In this document: positions 18,651-29,103 of the stretch, one piece after another
Position numbering within the stretch: position 1 is the stretch's first letter
How the letters are laid out: each line of letters opens with the position of its first letter
NCBI GenBank assembly: GCA_023485405.1
Contig: JAMCZU010000035.1
Span: 1,519-65,518 of the forward strand
DNA length: 64,000 nucleotides
DNA from: Patescibacteria group bacterium
GTDB lineage: Bacteria; Patescibacteriota; UBA1384; UBA12157; JAENIV01
Reading direction: 5' to 3'
Notes under the pieces: generated by a model
What the model saw: the letters and a program-made list of their open reading frames with translations, nothing else
The model's database searches: none
What the model was told of the DNA's origin: nothing
Program-made: the position numbers and the translations under genes

Positions 18651-19988
18651 ATGAAACGAACTCGTTTTGTTGATGGAATTTATTTTTGGAAAAAAGAAAA
18701 AAAGAAAAAAAAGCGAAAATACTTAGTTCTACTAATTTTAATACCAATTTTTGTGAGCTTCTTTTTTGTTTCAAAAATTAGCGCGGCCTATATTTTACCG
18801 AATCTCAATCTTTTAACCTTATTTCGAAATGGTAAATTTTTAGTGCTTTTCCAAAATAATTCTGAGCTTCGATCTTCTGGTGGTTTTATTGGTTCATATG
18901 CAGTGGTGGAAGTTAAAGATTTTGAAGTTAAAAATATTACTTTTAATACCAATATTTACGCTTTAGATAACGCGTTTGCGCAGAGGGCTTATGTGGCGCC
19001 GCCGGCTGGGTCAATGCAAAGAATGCTCAACGAAAAAACTTGGGCGCTGCGCGATTCTAATTATGATCCTTCTTTTTCTGATGCCGCCTCTGACGCCACC
19101 TTTTTTTACGAACAAGAAACGGGCGATAAAATTGATGGCGTTGTTGGTATTAATGCTAAATTAATGGTTGATTTATTGAAAATTACAGGGCCAGTAAAAC
19201 TGGAAAAATCTAATGTCACAATTTCAGCTGATAATTTTTATTTTGAGACTCAATCACAAATTGAAAGAGTTTACTATCAAAATCCGGAAAACTGGGTTTT
19301 AAATGAGCCAAAATCATTTTTGAAAGAAATGTATCCAACTATCTTAAGCCAGGCGTTAAAAGATAAAGTGCAACTTTTAAATCTGGTTAAAAATGAACTG
19401 GCGACCAAAGAAATTGTTTTTTATTTTAAAGATTCAGCTAAACAATCATTAGTTCAAAAACATAATTTAGCGGGGACAATTCCTACCAATCAAGAGTTAG
19501 GAAATTCTGATTATCTTTATTTAAATAGTAATAGTTATTCGGGTAATAAATCGTCTCTTTCAATGAAAGAAGATATTGATTATCGTCTAACTACAACCGA
19601 GGATTACGGTCCAAAAATGTATCAAGCCGATCTTAAATTTAGTCGGATTCATAGTGGTTCATACGAATGGCCCGATGGTAAGAATTTAGATTGGTTAAGA
19701 GTTCTAGTGCCTCAAAATGCCCAGTTTTTACAAGCTAAAATTAACGAAAAAGATGTTAGTTCTAAAGTTGAAGTAGGACAAGATTCTGAGAAAAATTATT
19801 TTGGCACAGAAATTACGACCGAGCCGGGACAGGCGAATATTATTGAAATAAGTTATCTTATTCCTTATAACTCGGATTATCATCTTTTGGTTCAAAAACA
19901 ACCGGGTCAAAATGATGAAAATTTAACCGTCACTTTGGACGGTAAAATGCTTTTTGACGGTCTTTTAAACCGAGATCTAAGGATCTAG
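18651..19988 (+). CDS. DUF4012-family protein, a common component of EPS/capsule loci. Contains the oligo-A tract KKEKKKKKRK.
   Basis: Signature LRSSGGFIGSY. N-terminal TM helix. Co-located with the sugar transferase, GT4 and Wzz genes. Confidence 0.6.
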   Translation: MKRTRFVDGIYFWKKEKKKKKRKYLVLLILIPIFVSFFFVSKISAAYILPNLNLLTLFRNGKFLVLFQNNSELRSSGGFIGSYAVVEVKDFEVKNITFNTNIYALDNAFAQRAYVAPPAGSMQRMLNEKTWALRDSNYDPSFSDAASDATFFYEQETGDKIDGVVGINAKLMVDLLKITGPVKLEKSNVTISADNFYFETQSQIERVYYQNPENWVLNEPKSFLKEMYPTILSQALKDKVQLLNLVKNELATKEIVFYFKDSAKQSLVQKHNLAGTIPTNQELGNSDYLYLNSNSYSGNKSSLSMKEDIDYRLTTTEDYGPKMYQADLKFSRIHSGSYEWPDGKNLDWLRVLVPQNAQFLQAKINEKDVSSKVEVGQDSEKNYFGTEITTEPGQANIIEISYLIPYNSDYHLLVQKQPGQNDENLTVTLDGKMLFDGLLNRDLRI

Positions 19989-20087
19989 ATGTTTGCCCAT
20001 CGATTTTTACATTTTACACATCCGATGTGTAAAGGCGTGTGTGTAAGTTCGAGCATTCATCTATGATAATGAGAAGTATAAAAACTT

Positions 20088-20135
20088 TATTCAACTATTC
20101 CCACTGGAGCGTCAAAAGTTGAATAGTTTCAGGTT
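20088..20135. repeat. Direct repeat R1 (attcaactattcccactggagcgtcaaaagttgaatagttt), which is internally hairpin-forming
   Basis: About 85% identical to R2 at 20805-20845. Together they bracket the wHTH/Cas2-fold gene. Confidence 0.6.
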
Positions 20136-20163
20136 TAGTATTTAAAAAGTTTTAAAGTTTAGA

Positions 20164-20760
20164 ATGAATAAAATTAAATTAAAACAAAGTGCGATTGTTG
20201 GACGACAAGTATTATTATATTTTGTTGATTTCTATCGTTACGCGATCCCAATTTTTGATAAAGCAAGAGTGTATCGAATCCCTTTTAAGGAATATGACAA
20301 ATTTAGACTTAAAGACAAAATTAAATTTAGCCAAGAAATATATCGGCTCAAAAGAGCTGGTGTAGTTAAAAAATATATTGATGAGAAAGGAGAGTTTATT
20401 GAAGTGACGCCAAAGGGCCAGAAATGGATTAAAAAATATTTTGTAGATCAACTAGAAATTAAATTGCCTTCTAAATGGGATAAAAAATGGCGAATAGTGA
20501 TTTTTGATATTCCGGATACGAAAAAGAACGAAAGAGATATTTTAAGAGAAAAACTTGAAAGAATTGGTTTTATAAAATTACAAGAAAGTGTCTATGTTTT
20601 TCCGTTTGAGTGTGGTTTGGAAATTGAGGCTTTAAAGGAAATGTATTTTATCAAACCGTATGTTCAATATGTTTTAGCTAATAGAATCGAAACAGAAATT
20701 AATTTATTAGAAGTGTTTTATGACCGAGGGATATTAGATAAAAAATATCTTAGGAATTAA
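20164..20760 (+). CDS. Protein with an N-terminal winged-helix-like domain and a C-terminal Cas2/VapD-fold domain, giving a PaaX-like architecture
   Basis: The C-terminus WRIVIFDIPDTKKNERDILREKLERIGFIKLQESVYVFPFEC matches the Cas2 beta-alpha-beta-beta core (YDI...R..L.k.L.....QySVFe). No cas1 gene or CRISPR array is nearby. Confidence 0.5.
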   Translation: MNKIKLKQSAIVGRQVLLYFVDFYRYAIPIFDKARVYRIPFKEYDKFRLKDKIKFSQEIYRLKRAGVVKKYIDEKGEFIEVTPKGQKWIKKYFVDQLEIKLPSKWDKKWRIVIFDIPDTKKNERDILREKLERIGFIKLQESVYVFPFECGLEIEALKEMYFIKPYVQYVLANRIETEINLLEVFYDRGILDKKYLRN

Positions 20761-20804
20761 GTAACCACTATTCTAATTATTATTCTCAAAATTTTATCTG
20801 TTAA

Positions 20805-20845
20805 TATTCAACTATTACCGCTCCAGCGTCAAAAGTGGAATTTTT
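20805..20845. repeat. Direct repeat R2 (attcaactattaccgctccagcgtcaaaagtggaattttt)
   Basis: Second copy of R1. Its central segment ctccag is the complement of ctggag in R1. Confidence 0.6.
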
Positions 20846-20925
20846 ACTGGTATGGATTTTATGTTTTATTGTATTTTGATAGAAAAATTAATAGGAAGTA
20901 AGAAACTTAATAAGTAAATAAAAAA

Positions 20926-20959
20926 CCCGCTCGAGTTCGAAAGGAACTATTTGAGCGGG
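20926..20959. terminator. Intrinsic terminator: nested hairpin cccgctcg...gagcggg that is T-rich on the minus-strand side
   Basis: 7-bp GC stem with an inner agttc/gaact stem. A T6 run follows on the minus strand. Confidence 0.6.
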
Positions 20960-20977
20960 GGAGAAAAACGAATGGGT

Positions 20978-21418
20978 CTACTTGATGAGGTGTACAAGGA
21001 GAGATTCAGTATAGAAGTCGTTATTGAGACGACTCCAGTATGGGTGCCATCCTGTTTTGCGATAATACAAGCACAAGACGTGAAGATTGTCGTCCAGATC
21101 ACACCAAATGGTGCCAGCGAATATTAAATAGAATTTTCGCCACAAGTGAGGGATGGTTTCTTGTTGTTCAAGCATTTGTTCAGCGTGGCGTTGTCCAGCA
21201 CGGCTACCCATTTCCTTGGCACGCTCGAGCATTGCATGTCCATTTATATGGAACTCGCTTTCATGAAGAAAGGTGTTTAGTGTAAGAAGGTTAGAGTCGC
21301 CCTCAAAATAAACATTATCGGCGAGTTTCCATCCATCTTCGAATTTATCAAGCCGGAAGCCAGAGGGAAGCTGTCTAAGAACCATCATTGGAAGATCAAG
21401 TGTTAATTTGGTGCTCAT
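20978..21418 (-). CDS. Hypothetical protein (146 aa) encoded by a GC-rich gene and probably foreign
   Basis: Strong AAGGAGG RBS at the internal ATG (MSTKL...). GC is clearly above the surrounding 30-35%. A terminator is present. Confidence 0.5.
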   Translation of the reverse strand: MSTKLTLDLPMMVLRQLPSGFRLDKFEDGWKLADNVYFEGDSNLLTLNTFLHESEFHINGHAMLERAKEMGSRAGQRHAEQMLEQQETIPHLWRKFYLIFAGTIWCDLDDNLHVLCLYYRKTGWHPYWSRLNNDFYTESLLVHLIK

Positions 21419-21577
21419 AATGAGATACCTCCTTTTCAGAATCCAAAATTGCACGGATAAAATTTTCAAGTTACATTATATTTTATCTTAAAAAACAATA
21501 AACTGTCAAGGTTTAGATATGGTTTGCGAGGGGTTTTACTTTAAATATTTTTTTGATATAGTAGATTTGTAAGATAA

Positions 21578-23569
<1,992 letters not shown>

Positions 23570-23646
23570 TGATTAATTTCAAATTTAAAATTTTAAATCA
23601 ATTTAAAAATTCATTGAAAATTAAAAATTGAAAATTTGGAGATATT

Positions 23647-23823
23647 ATGTCTAAAAAAGATCAAGATCAAAATTTGAATAGTTTTTTAGAAACGCAGAAA
23701 GAACATAAGAAATGGTATGAGGTAAGTGGTATGGGAAAGCAGCGAGGGAAACCCAGAGCCGTGCCGTCAAATGTAAAAAAACCGGGGGGAATTAAAAAAC
23801 ATAGCTTGAGGAAGGAAAAGTAG
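23647..23823 (+). CDS. Small basic protein (58 aa) encoded between gyrB and gyrA. Its stop overlaps the gyrA GTG start (taGTG).
   Basis: GGAG RBS 7 nt upstream of the ATG. The 58-codon frame ends exactly at the gyrA start. Confidence 0.4.
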   Translation: MSKKDQDQNLNSFLETQKEHKKWYEVSGMGKQRGKPRAVPSNVKKPGGIKKHSLRKEK

Positions 23824-26708
23824 TGGATCAAAACGAAGAAATAAAAGAAGAAATAACAGATTTAAACCCTGAAGAAGTGGCTAAAGCAGAGTCGGCTTTT
23901 GAATTTATCAAAACCAAAACAAAAGATGAAAAAACCGAATTTGGCTTAGTTCGTGGTCGCGTTTTGGAAGAGGAAATGCAAGAGTCTTACTTGGACTATG
24001 CGATGTCAGTTATTATTGCACGCGCTTTACCGGATGTTCGTGACGGTCTAAAGCCGGTTCACCGTCGTGTGCTTTATGCGATGTGGGAGACGGGGCTCAG
24101 ATCAAATGTCAAATATCGAAAATGTGCGGCCGTAGTCGGTGAGGTTTTAAAATCCTATCATCCGCACGGTGATATTGCCGTTTACGATACCTTAGTGCGA
24201 ATGGCTCAAGATTTTAATATGCGCGCGCCGCTGATTGATGGCCAAGGTAACTTTGGTTCAATGGACGGAGATTCCGCCGCGGCCATGCGTTATACCGAAG
24301 CGCGGATGAGCCAAGTTTCCGAAGAGCTTTTATTTGATATTGAAAAAGAAACAGTTGATTTTGTGCCCAACTACGATGGCACCAAAAAAGAGCCAAAAGT
24401 TTTACCCGCGAAACTACCCAATCTTTTAATTAATGGTTCGATGGGTATTGCGGTGGGAATGGCCACCAATATTCCCCCACATAATTTGGGTGAAATTTGT
24501 TCAGCCGTGATTTACTTAGCTGACAACCCGGATTGCACGATTGAAGATTTGATGGAATTTGTCAAAGGTCCCGATTTTCCTACCGGCGCCGAAATTTATG
24601 GCATCGAACAAATTAAAGCCGCTTATGCGGGTGGTAAAGGCGCAATTTTAATGCGGGCCGTGGCCAACATTGAAGAAACAAAGAGAGGGTATCGTATTAT
24701 TGTTTCTGAAATTCCTTATCAAGTCAACAAAGCGGAGTTAATCTCTAAAATTGCCGATTTAGTTAAAGAAAAAAAGATTGAAGGCATCAGTGATCTTCGC
24801 GATGAGTCGGATCGGAAAGAAAAAGTTCGAATTGTTGTAGAACTAAAATCAAATGCTTATCCGAAAAAAATCTTAAATCGTTTGTATGAATTAACACTGA
24901 TGCAGACTTCTTTTTATGCTAATATGCTGGCATTAGTTGATGGGATTCAACCGCGCGTTTTGACGCTTAAAAATATCTTAGAAGAATATTTAAAACACCG
25001 AAAAATAGTTGTCCGTCATCGGACTGAATTTGATTTGGCCCGCGCCAAAGAACGAGCCCATGTTTTGGAAGGTTTGCGCATTGCCCTAAAATCAATTGAT
25101 GAAGTCATTGCCACCATTCGCAAATCGGCTGATCGAGACGAGGCTTGTAAATCACTGCAAACTAAATTTAAATTAACTGAAATCCAAGCCAATGCTATTT
25201 TGGATATGAGACTCTCAGCTTTAGCGGCATTGGAAAGAGAAAAAATTGAAGCGGAGTATCAAGAAAAATTAAAATTAATTAAAGAGTTAGAAGCAATTCT
25301 TGCCTCCGAAAAAAGAATTTTAGAAATTATTAAAAAAGAATTAGAAGATTTAAAGACCAAATACCCCAGTCCGCGTCGAACCAAAATTTATGCGGAATCT
25401 TTGGGTCGGTTTTCGGCCGAAGATTTAATTCCGTCAGAGCAAGTGATTATTCTACTTACTCGTGGTAATTACATTAAACGGATGCCGGTTTCGGCCTACC
25501 GCAGCCAAGTTCGTGGTGGTAAGGGCGTGATGGGAATGGAAACTAAAGAAGAAGATATGATTGAACATTTGGTCGTGGCTAATACTCATGATGATATTTA
25601 TTTCTTCACTGATCGTGGCCGGATTTTCCACACTAAAGTTTACGAATTACCGGCCGTCTCACGCATTTCCAAAGGTCAAGCGATTGTCAATCTCCTTCAA
25701 ATTTCACCGGAAGAAAAAGTAACGGCGATGATTACTGTTTCGCCCAAAGAAATTGAAAAGTACAAATATATCTTGCTCGCCACTTCCAAAGGCAATGTCA
25801 AAAAAACGGCTTTGGAGCTTTATTCGAAAGTTCGAAAAACTGGGATTGTAGCGATTAAATTAAAATCCGATGATCGTTTGCGTTGGGTTAAACTCACCAC
25901 TGGCAATGATATGATTTTCCAAGTTTCGGCTAAAGGTCAATCCATTCTATATAAAGAAAGTGATATTCGCTCAATGGGCCGAACCGCGGCTGGCGTGCGC
26001 GGAATTCAACTTCGAGCTAATGATTATGCGGTGGCGACCGACGTTCTACCACCAGGAATGGAAGAGAAATACGATGCCTTGATTGTTTTAGAAAAAGGTT
26101 TTGGCAAGCGCACACCTTTGAGTTTCTTTAAAACGCAACTTCGTGGTGGGATGGGAATGCGGGTGGCTAATGTCACTGACAGAACCGGGATGATTGTAGG
26201 AATGCGTTTAACTCAAGGTGACGATAGTGATTTAATTTTAGCTTCTTCTAAAGGTCAAATGATTCGGATTGCTTTAGCATCGGTTAAAAAACTTCAACGC
26301 GATACTCAAGGTGTGATTTTAGTGCGGATGGGAGCAGGGGATAAAGTTACTTCAGTGACGATTATGTCGAAAGATAAAGAAGAAAAATTAAATCAACCCG
26401 AGCCGGAATCTAAAGAAGAAGTCGAAACCATAGTCGAAGAAGCAAAAGTGGAAGAGAAAATTGAAGAGGCCGAAGAAAAGCTTGAAGAAGCGGCTGAACC
26501 TGGGAGTATCCCGGAATGGGCGAAGGCTCATCGTGATGAAAGAAGAGTAGTAGAAAAAGTTGAAACCGAAACTCCTAAAAATATTAAAGTTCATGATTAT
26601 AAAGAAGAAAAAAAAGAAATAAAAAAAGATAAACCAGAAGAACCTGTTTTGCCAAAAAAATCGTCAAAAAATGACGAAGCTAACTATTGGGGTAAAAGAT
26701 TGGGGTAG
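23823..26708 (+). CDS. gyrA: DNA gyrase subunit A with a long charged C-terminal extension of about 130 aa
   Basis: Active-site region AAMRYTEARM. QRDR-like segment HPHGDIAVYDTLVRMAQ. C-terminal beta-pinwheel repeats, then an E/K-rich tail. Confidence 0.9.
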   Translation: MDQNEEIKEEITDLNPEEVAKAESAFEFIKTKTKDEKTEFGLVRGRVLEEEMQESYLDYAMSVIIARALPDVRDGLKPVHRRVLYAMWETGLRSNVKYRKCAAVVGEVLKSYHPHGDIAVYDTLVRMAQDFNMRAPLIDGQGNFGSMDGDSAAAMRYTEARMSQVSEELLFDIEKETVDFVPNYDGTKKEPKVLPAKLPNLLINGSMGIAVGMATNIPPHNLGEICSAVIYLADNPDCTIEDLMEFVKGPDFPTGAEIYGIEQIKAAYAGGKGAILMRAVANIEETKRGYRIIVSEIPYQVNKAELISKIADLVKEKKIEGISDLRDESDRKEKVRIVVELKSNAYPKKILNRLYELTLMQTSFYANMLALVDGIQPRVLTLKNILEEYLKHRKIVVRHRTEFDLARAKERAHVLEGLRIALKSIDEVIATIRKSADRDEACKSLQTKFKLTEIQANAILDMRLSALAALEREKIEAEYQEKLKLIKELEAILASEKRILEIIKKELEDLKTKYPSPRRTKIYAESLGRFSAEDLIPSEQVIILLTRGNYIKRMPVSAYRSQVRGGKGVMGMETKEEDMIEHLVVANTHDDIYFFTDRGRIFHTKVYELPAVSRISKGQAIVNLLQISPEEKVTAMITVSPKEIEKYKYILLATSKGNVKKTALELYSKVRKTGIVAIKLKSDDRLRWVKLTTGNDMIFQVSAKGQSILYKESDIRSMGRTAAGVRGIQLRANDYAVATDVLPPGMEEKYDALIVLEKGFGKRTPLSFFKTQLRGGMGMRVANVTDRTGMIVGMRLTQGDDSDLILASSKGQMIRIALASVKKLQRDTQGVILVRMGAGDKVTSVTIMSKDKEEKLNQPEPESKEEVETIVEEAKVEEKIEEAEEKLEEAAEPGSIPEWAKAHRDERRVVEKVETETPKNIKVHDYKEEKKEIKKDKPEEPVLPKKSSKNDEANYWGKRLG

Positions 26709-26741
26709 AAATCTGCCAGCTGGCGGAAAATAAGAGGGGAC

Positions 26742-27956
26742 ATGATAGACGAAGAAAAACCGAAGAAAAAATCCAAAAAATGGTGGTGTTTGGGTTGTTT
26801 AGGTGTACTTGTTGCAATAGTAATTATGGTGATAATTATTCAGCGCCAGGCGGGATCATCGGGGAGCGATGAACCAAAAATGTCGGCGGCCAAAAACTAT
26901 CCATATCACGAGCCATCGGCCGAGGCCAAAAATCGCAATTTGGATTGCAAAAAAACAGTTCTTTATGTTCGTAGCCCGGCTAAACAAAATTATAATATTT
27001 TATGCGAAAATATTTATCAGATTTCGCCGGAAGATCTGGCGGCGAAAATTTCAGCCCAAAAATATGATCGCATTATGCTCTATGGTGAAAATGTTATCTT
27101 TGATGCTAACCCGAGCATTGCCGGCGCTCAAAATTTTAGTCAAAATTTTTACAATACTGTTAAATTCACTGATCAGTATATGCTACCTAAAATGTTGGCG
27201 TTTTACGGTCTAGCAGATTTAAGTTATATTAGTAAAGATTTTTCGCCGTATCCGGCTTTGTTTTACGAATTAGAGCCAAAAGATGAAGTTCACCGAATTT
27301 GTAAAACGAATTCGGCCAGTGGTTGCGCTCAAATGCACATGTGGGCCACTTTGGATGAAGAAATTTTAACCAGACATATTTGGACGAATCGTGAATTTTT
27401 GTCTAAAGACAACATGGATTCCGTTTCTTGGGACACGCATTGGCCAGCCGATTGTTATACTGATTTTGTTTTAGAGCACGAAACAGCCCATTTATTAGTG
27501 GGTGCTCATGCTTTGAAAGTAGTGGGGATGTCTATTAATACTTGGTATTATATTCCAAGTTGGTTTAACGAGCAGCAGGCCGGTTTGGCGGAAATTTTGG
27601 GTCAAAATTTAGTTTGTGGCGAAGGCACGCGCGTTAATATTAAAACAATAGTTAACGGTAAAGAGGAGCCGAAAGACATTACTTATTTTAATAGTCTTTA
27701 CCCGGCGATTTCACTGTCACAAACATATCCTCGAGATAACCCGTGTGAGTTGGGAATGCTTTCCTCGTTTTATCGTTATTTGGATAAAGGCGATATCAAT
27801 ACCACTTACCCGGCCTTTATGACCTCCTTTCGTCAAGCGATGGAAAAAAACAATGATTTTCGCGATGACCAAACTTTTCTAAATTTTCTTAAAGATCTTC
27901 ACAACAACGATCCAGCTGAAATGGACTTTTTACGTTCTCATCAGTGTTCGGTTTAA
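26742..27956 (+). CDS. Membrane-anchored hypothetical protein with an HExxH motif (LEHETAHLL), a possible zinc metallopeptidase
   Basis: N-terminal TM helix. Single HExxH. No family recognised. Confidence 0.5.
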   Translation: MIDEEKPKKKSKKWWCLGCLGVLVAIVIMVIIIQRQAGSSGSDEPKMSAAKNYPYHEPSAEAKNRNLDCKKTVLYVRSPAKQNYNILCENIYQISPEDLAAKISAQKYDRIMLYGENVIFDANPSIAGAQNFSQNFYNTVKFTDQYMLPKMLAFYGLADLSYISKDFSPYPALFYELEPKDEVHRICKTNSASGCAQMHMWATLDEEILTRHIWTNREFLSKDNMDSVSWDTHWPADCYTDFVLEHETAHLLVGAHALKVVGMSINTWYYIPSWFNEQQAGLAEILGQNLVCGEGTRVNIKTIVNGKEEPKDITYFNSLYPAISLSQTYPRDNPCELGMLSSFYRYLDKGDINTTYPAFMTSFRQAMEKNNDFRDDQTFLNFLKDLHNNDPAEMDFLRSHQCSV

Positions 27957-27971
27957 TTGTTTTTCAAAAAG

Positions 27972-27996
27972 AAAACCCCGATTTCTCGGGGTTATT
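27972..27996. terminator. Bidirectional intrinsic terminator ccccgagaaatcgggg flanked by A and T runs
   Basis: Hairpin ccccga-tttc-tcgggg followed by a T-rich tract. The minus-strand ORF at 27992-28177 ends inside it. Confidence 0.65.
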
Positions 27997-28177
27997 GGTT
28001 TGGGGATTTTACAATCAGCCAGACAATTAGTCCAACGCCGGCTATTATTAACAGAATTCCCGGCACAAGCACAGCATCCCACCATTTAACTGATGGTGGC
28101 GGTCCGATTGGTCTACTTGGTCCACTCTGGCCGTCCTGGTTTTCGTTGTAGTTATTGGGATTACCAAAGTCTTTCAT
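27992..28177 (-). CDS. Small protein (61 aa) with a C-terminal TM anchor
   Basis: AAGGAGG RBS. Probably co-transcribed with the PEP-CTERM gene, with which it has a 4-nt overlap. Confidence 0.5.
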   Translation of the reverse strand: MKDFGNPNNYNENQDGQSGPSRPIGPPPSVKWWDAVLVPGILLIIAGVGLIVWLIVKSPNQ

Positions 28178-29103
28178 CTTGATTTCCTCCTTTTCAAAAA
28201 TCCAAGCGTGGCGATGCCGGAAATAAGGGCAAGTAAGCTGGACGGTTCGGGGACGGGAACAAGATTGATCAAAGCATTCTGTCCAATTTGAAATTGGCTA
28301 TTGATTGTGTTGCCGTTTGCAAGCGTGCCAGAAAGTATTCTGTATGGTTCAGAGTCATAAGTTTTCCCGAAGATGCTTTTGATTTCTCTGAAACCAACAG
28401 GGTTTCCGTCAACAGTAAAATTGGAACCGCTGAGAGTTATTCGACTATTGTTTGCAGCGGCCAAAAGTATATCTATTAAGCCGCCACTGATGGTTATTTG
28501 ACTGTTATCGCGAGCAATTACGTAACCCAGAAGTCCATCGTTAATTATAGTGTGACTTAGGTCAGTTGTGTGGAAAGAATATGACGACCATCCGCCATTA
28601 ATTATTATGTTGCTGTTACCACTTATAGTTGTGTATAACGTTCCTCCGCTTGTTAGTATCGCAAAGCTGTTGCCGCTACTCACAAAGGAGTTGTATATGC
28701 GTCCTCCTTTCATTGCGAGACGACTATTAGCACTGATGCTTAAGTTATCCATAGTTCCATTATTTATTAATACCTGGCTATTGTCGGTAGCGTTTAAAGA
28801 GCCTACGTAACCGTTATTAATCGTTGCGTAGCTATTGTCGAGAATATCCAAGTAATTAATCCAATAGCCATATATACTTATCTTGCTGTTGTTATACCCT
28901 CGAAGAGTAAAAGGGATATATGCGTAATTTACTAAACTGATGGTGGTTTGTGCGTTTGGTGTTTGATAATCTATCCATACATCGTCGTCGATTTTGTAAT
29001 CAACAACATGTGTTTCTCCGTCTCTAAACTCAGTCAGAGCTATTGAGGCAGAAGACATGAATAAGCAAACTGTTGCCATTACGACATGTGTCAGTATTTT
29101 CAT
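28174..29103 (-). CDS. Secreted repeat (beta-helix-like) protein with a C-terminal PEP-CTERM sorting signal
   Basis: N-terminal signal peptide. Repeated NNS..TISGG units. The C-terminus VPVPEPSSLLALISGIATLGFLKRRKSR matches the PEP-CTERM pattern of PEP, a hydrophobic helix and Arg-rich residues. Confidence 0.65.
   Translation of the reverse strand: MKILTHVVMATVCLFMSSASIALTEFRDGETHVVDYKIDDDVWIDYQTPNAQTTISLVNYAYIPFTLRGYNNSKISIYGYWINYLDILDNSYATINNGYVGSLNATDNSQVLINNGTMDNLSISANSRLAMKGGRIYNSFVSSGNSFAILTSGGTLYTTISGNSNIIINGGWSSYSFHTTDLSHTIINDGLLGYVIARDNSQITISGGLIDILLAAANNSRITLSGSNFTVDGNPVGFREIKSIFGKTYDSEPYRILSGTLANGNTINSQFQIGQNALINLVPVPEPSSLLALISGIATLGFLKRRKSR

Noticed and set aside
20088-20845. R1/R2 direct repeats as a possible mini-CRISPR array
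   Set aside because: There are only two repeats, separated by about 670 bp that encode a complete gene, and the repeats are imperfect. This does not fit CRISPR repeat-spacer architecture. No CRISPR array is present anywhere in the window.
26869-27213. 114-aa ORF in an alternative frame inside the HExxH protein gene
   Set aside because: It lies completely within a longer ORF that has an N-terminal TM segment and coherent composition. It is an artefact of the AT-rich sequence.
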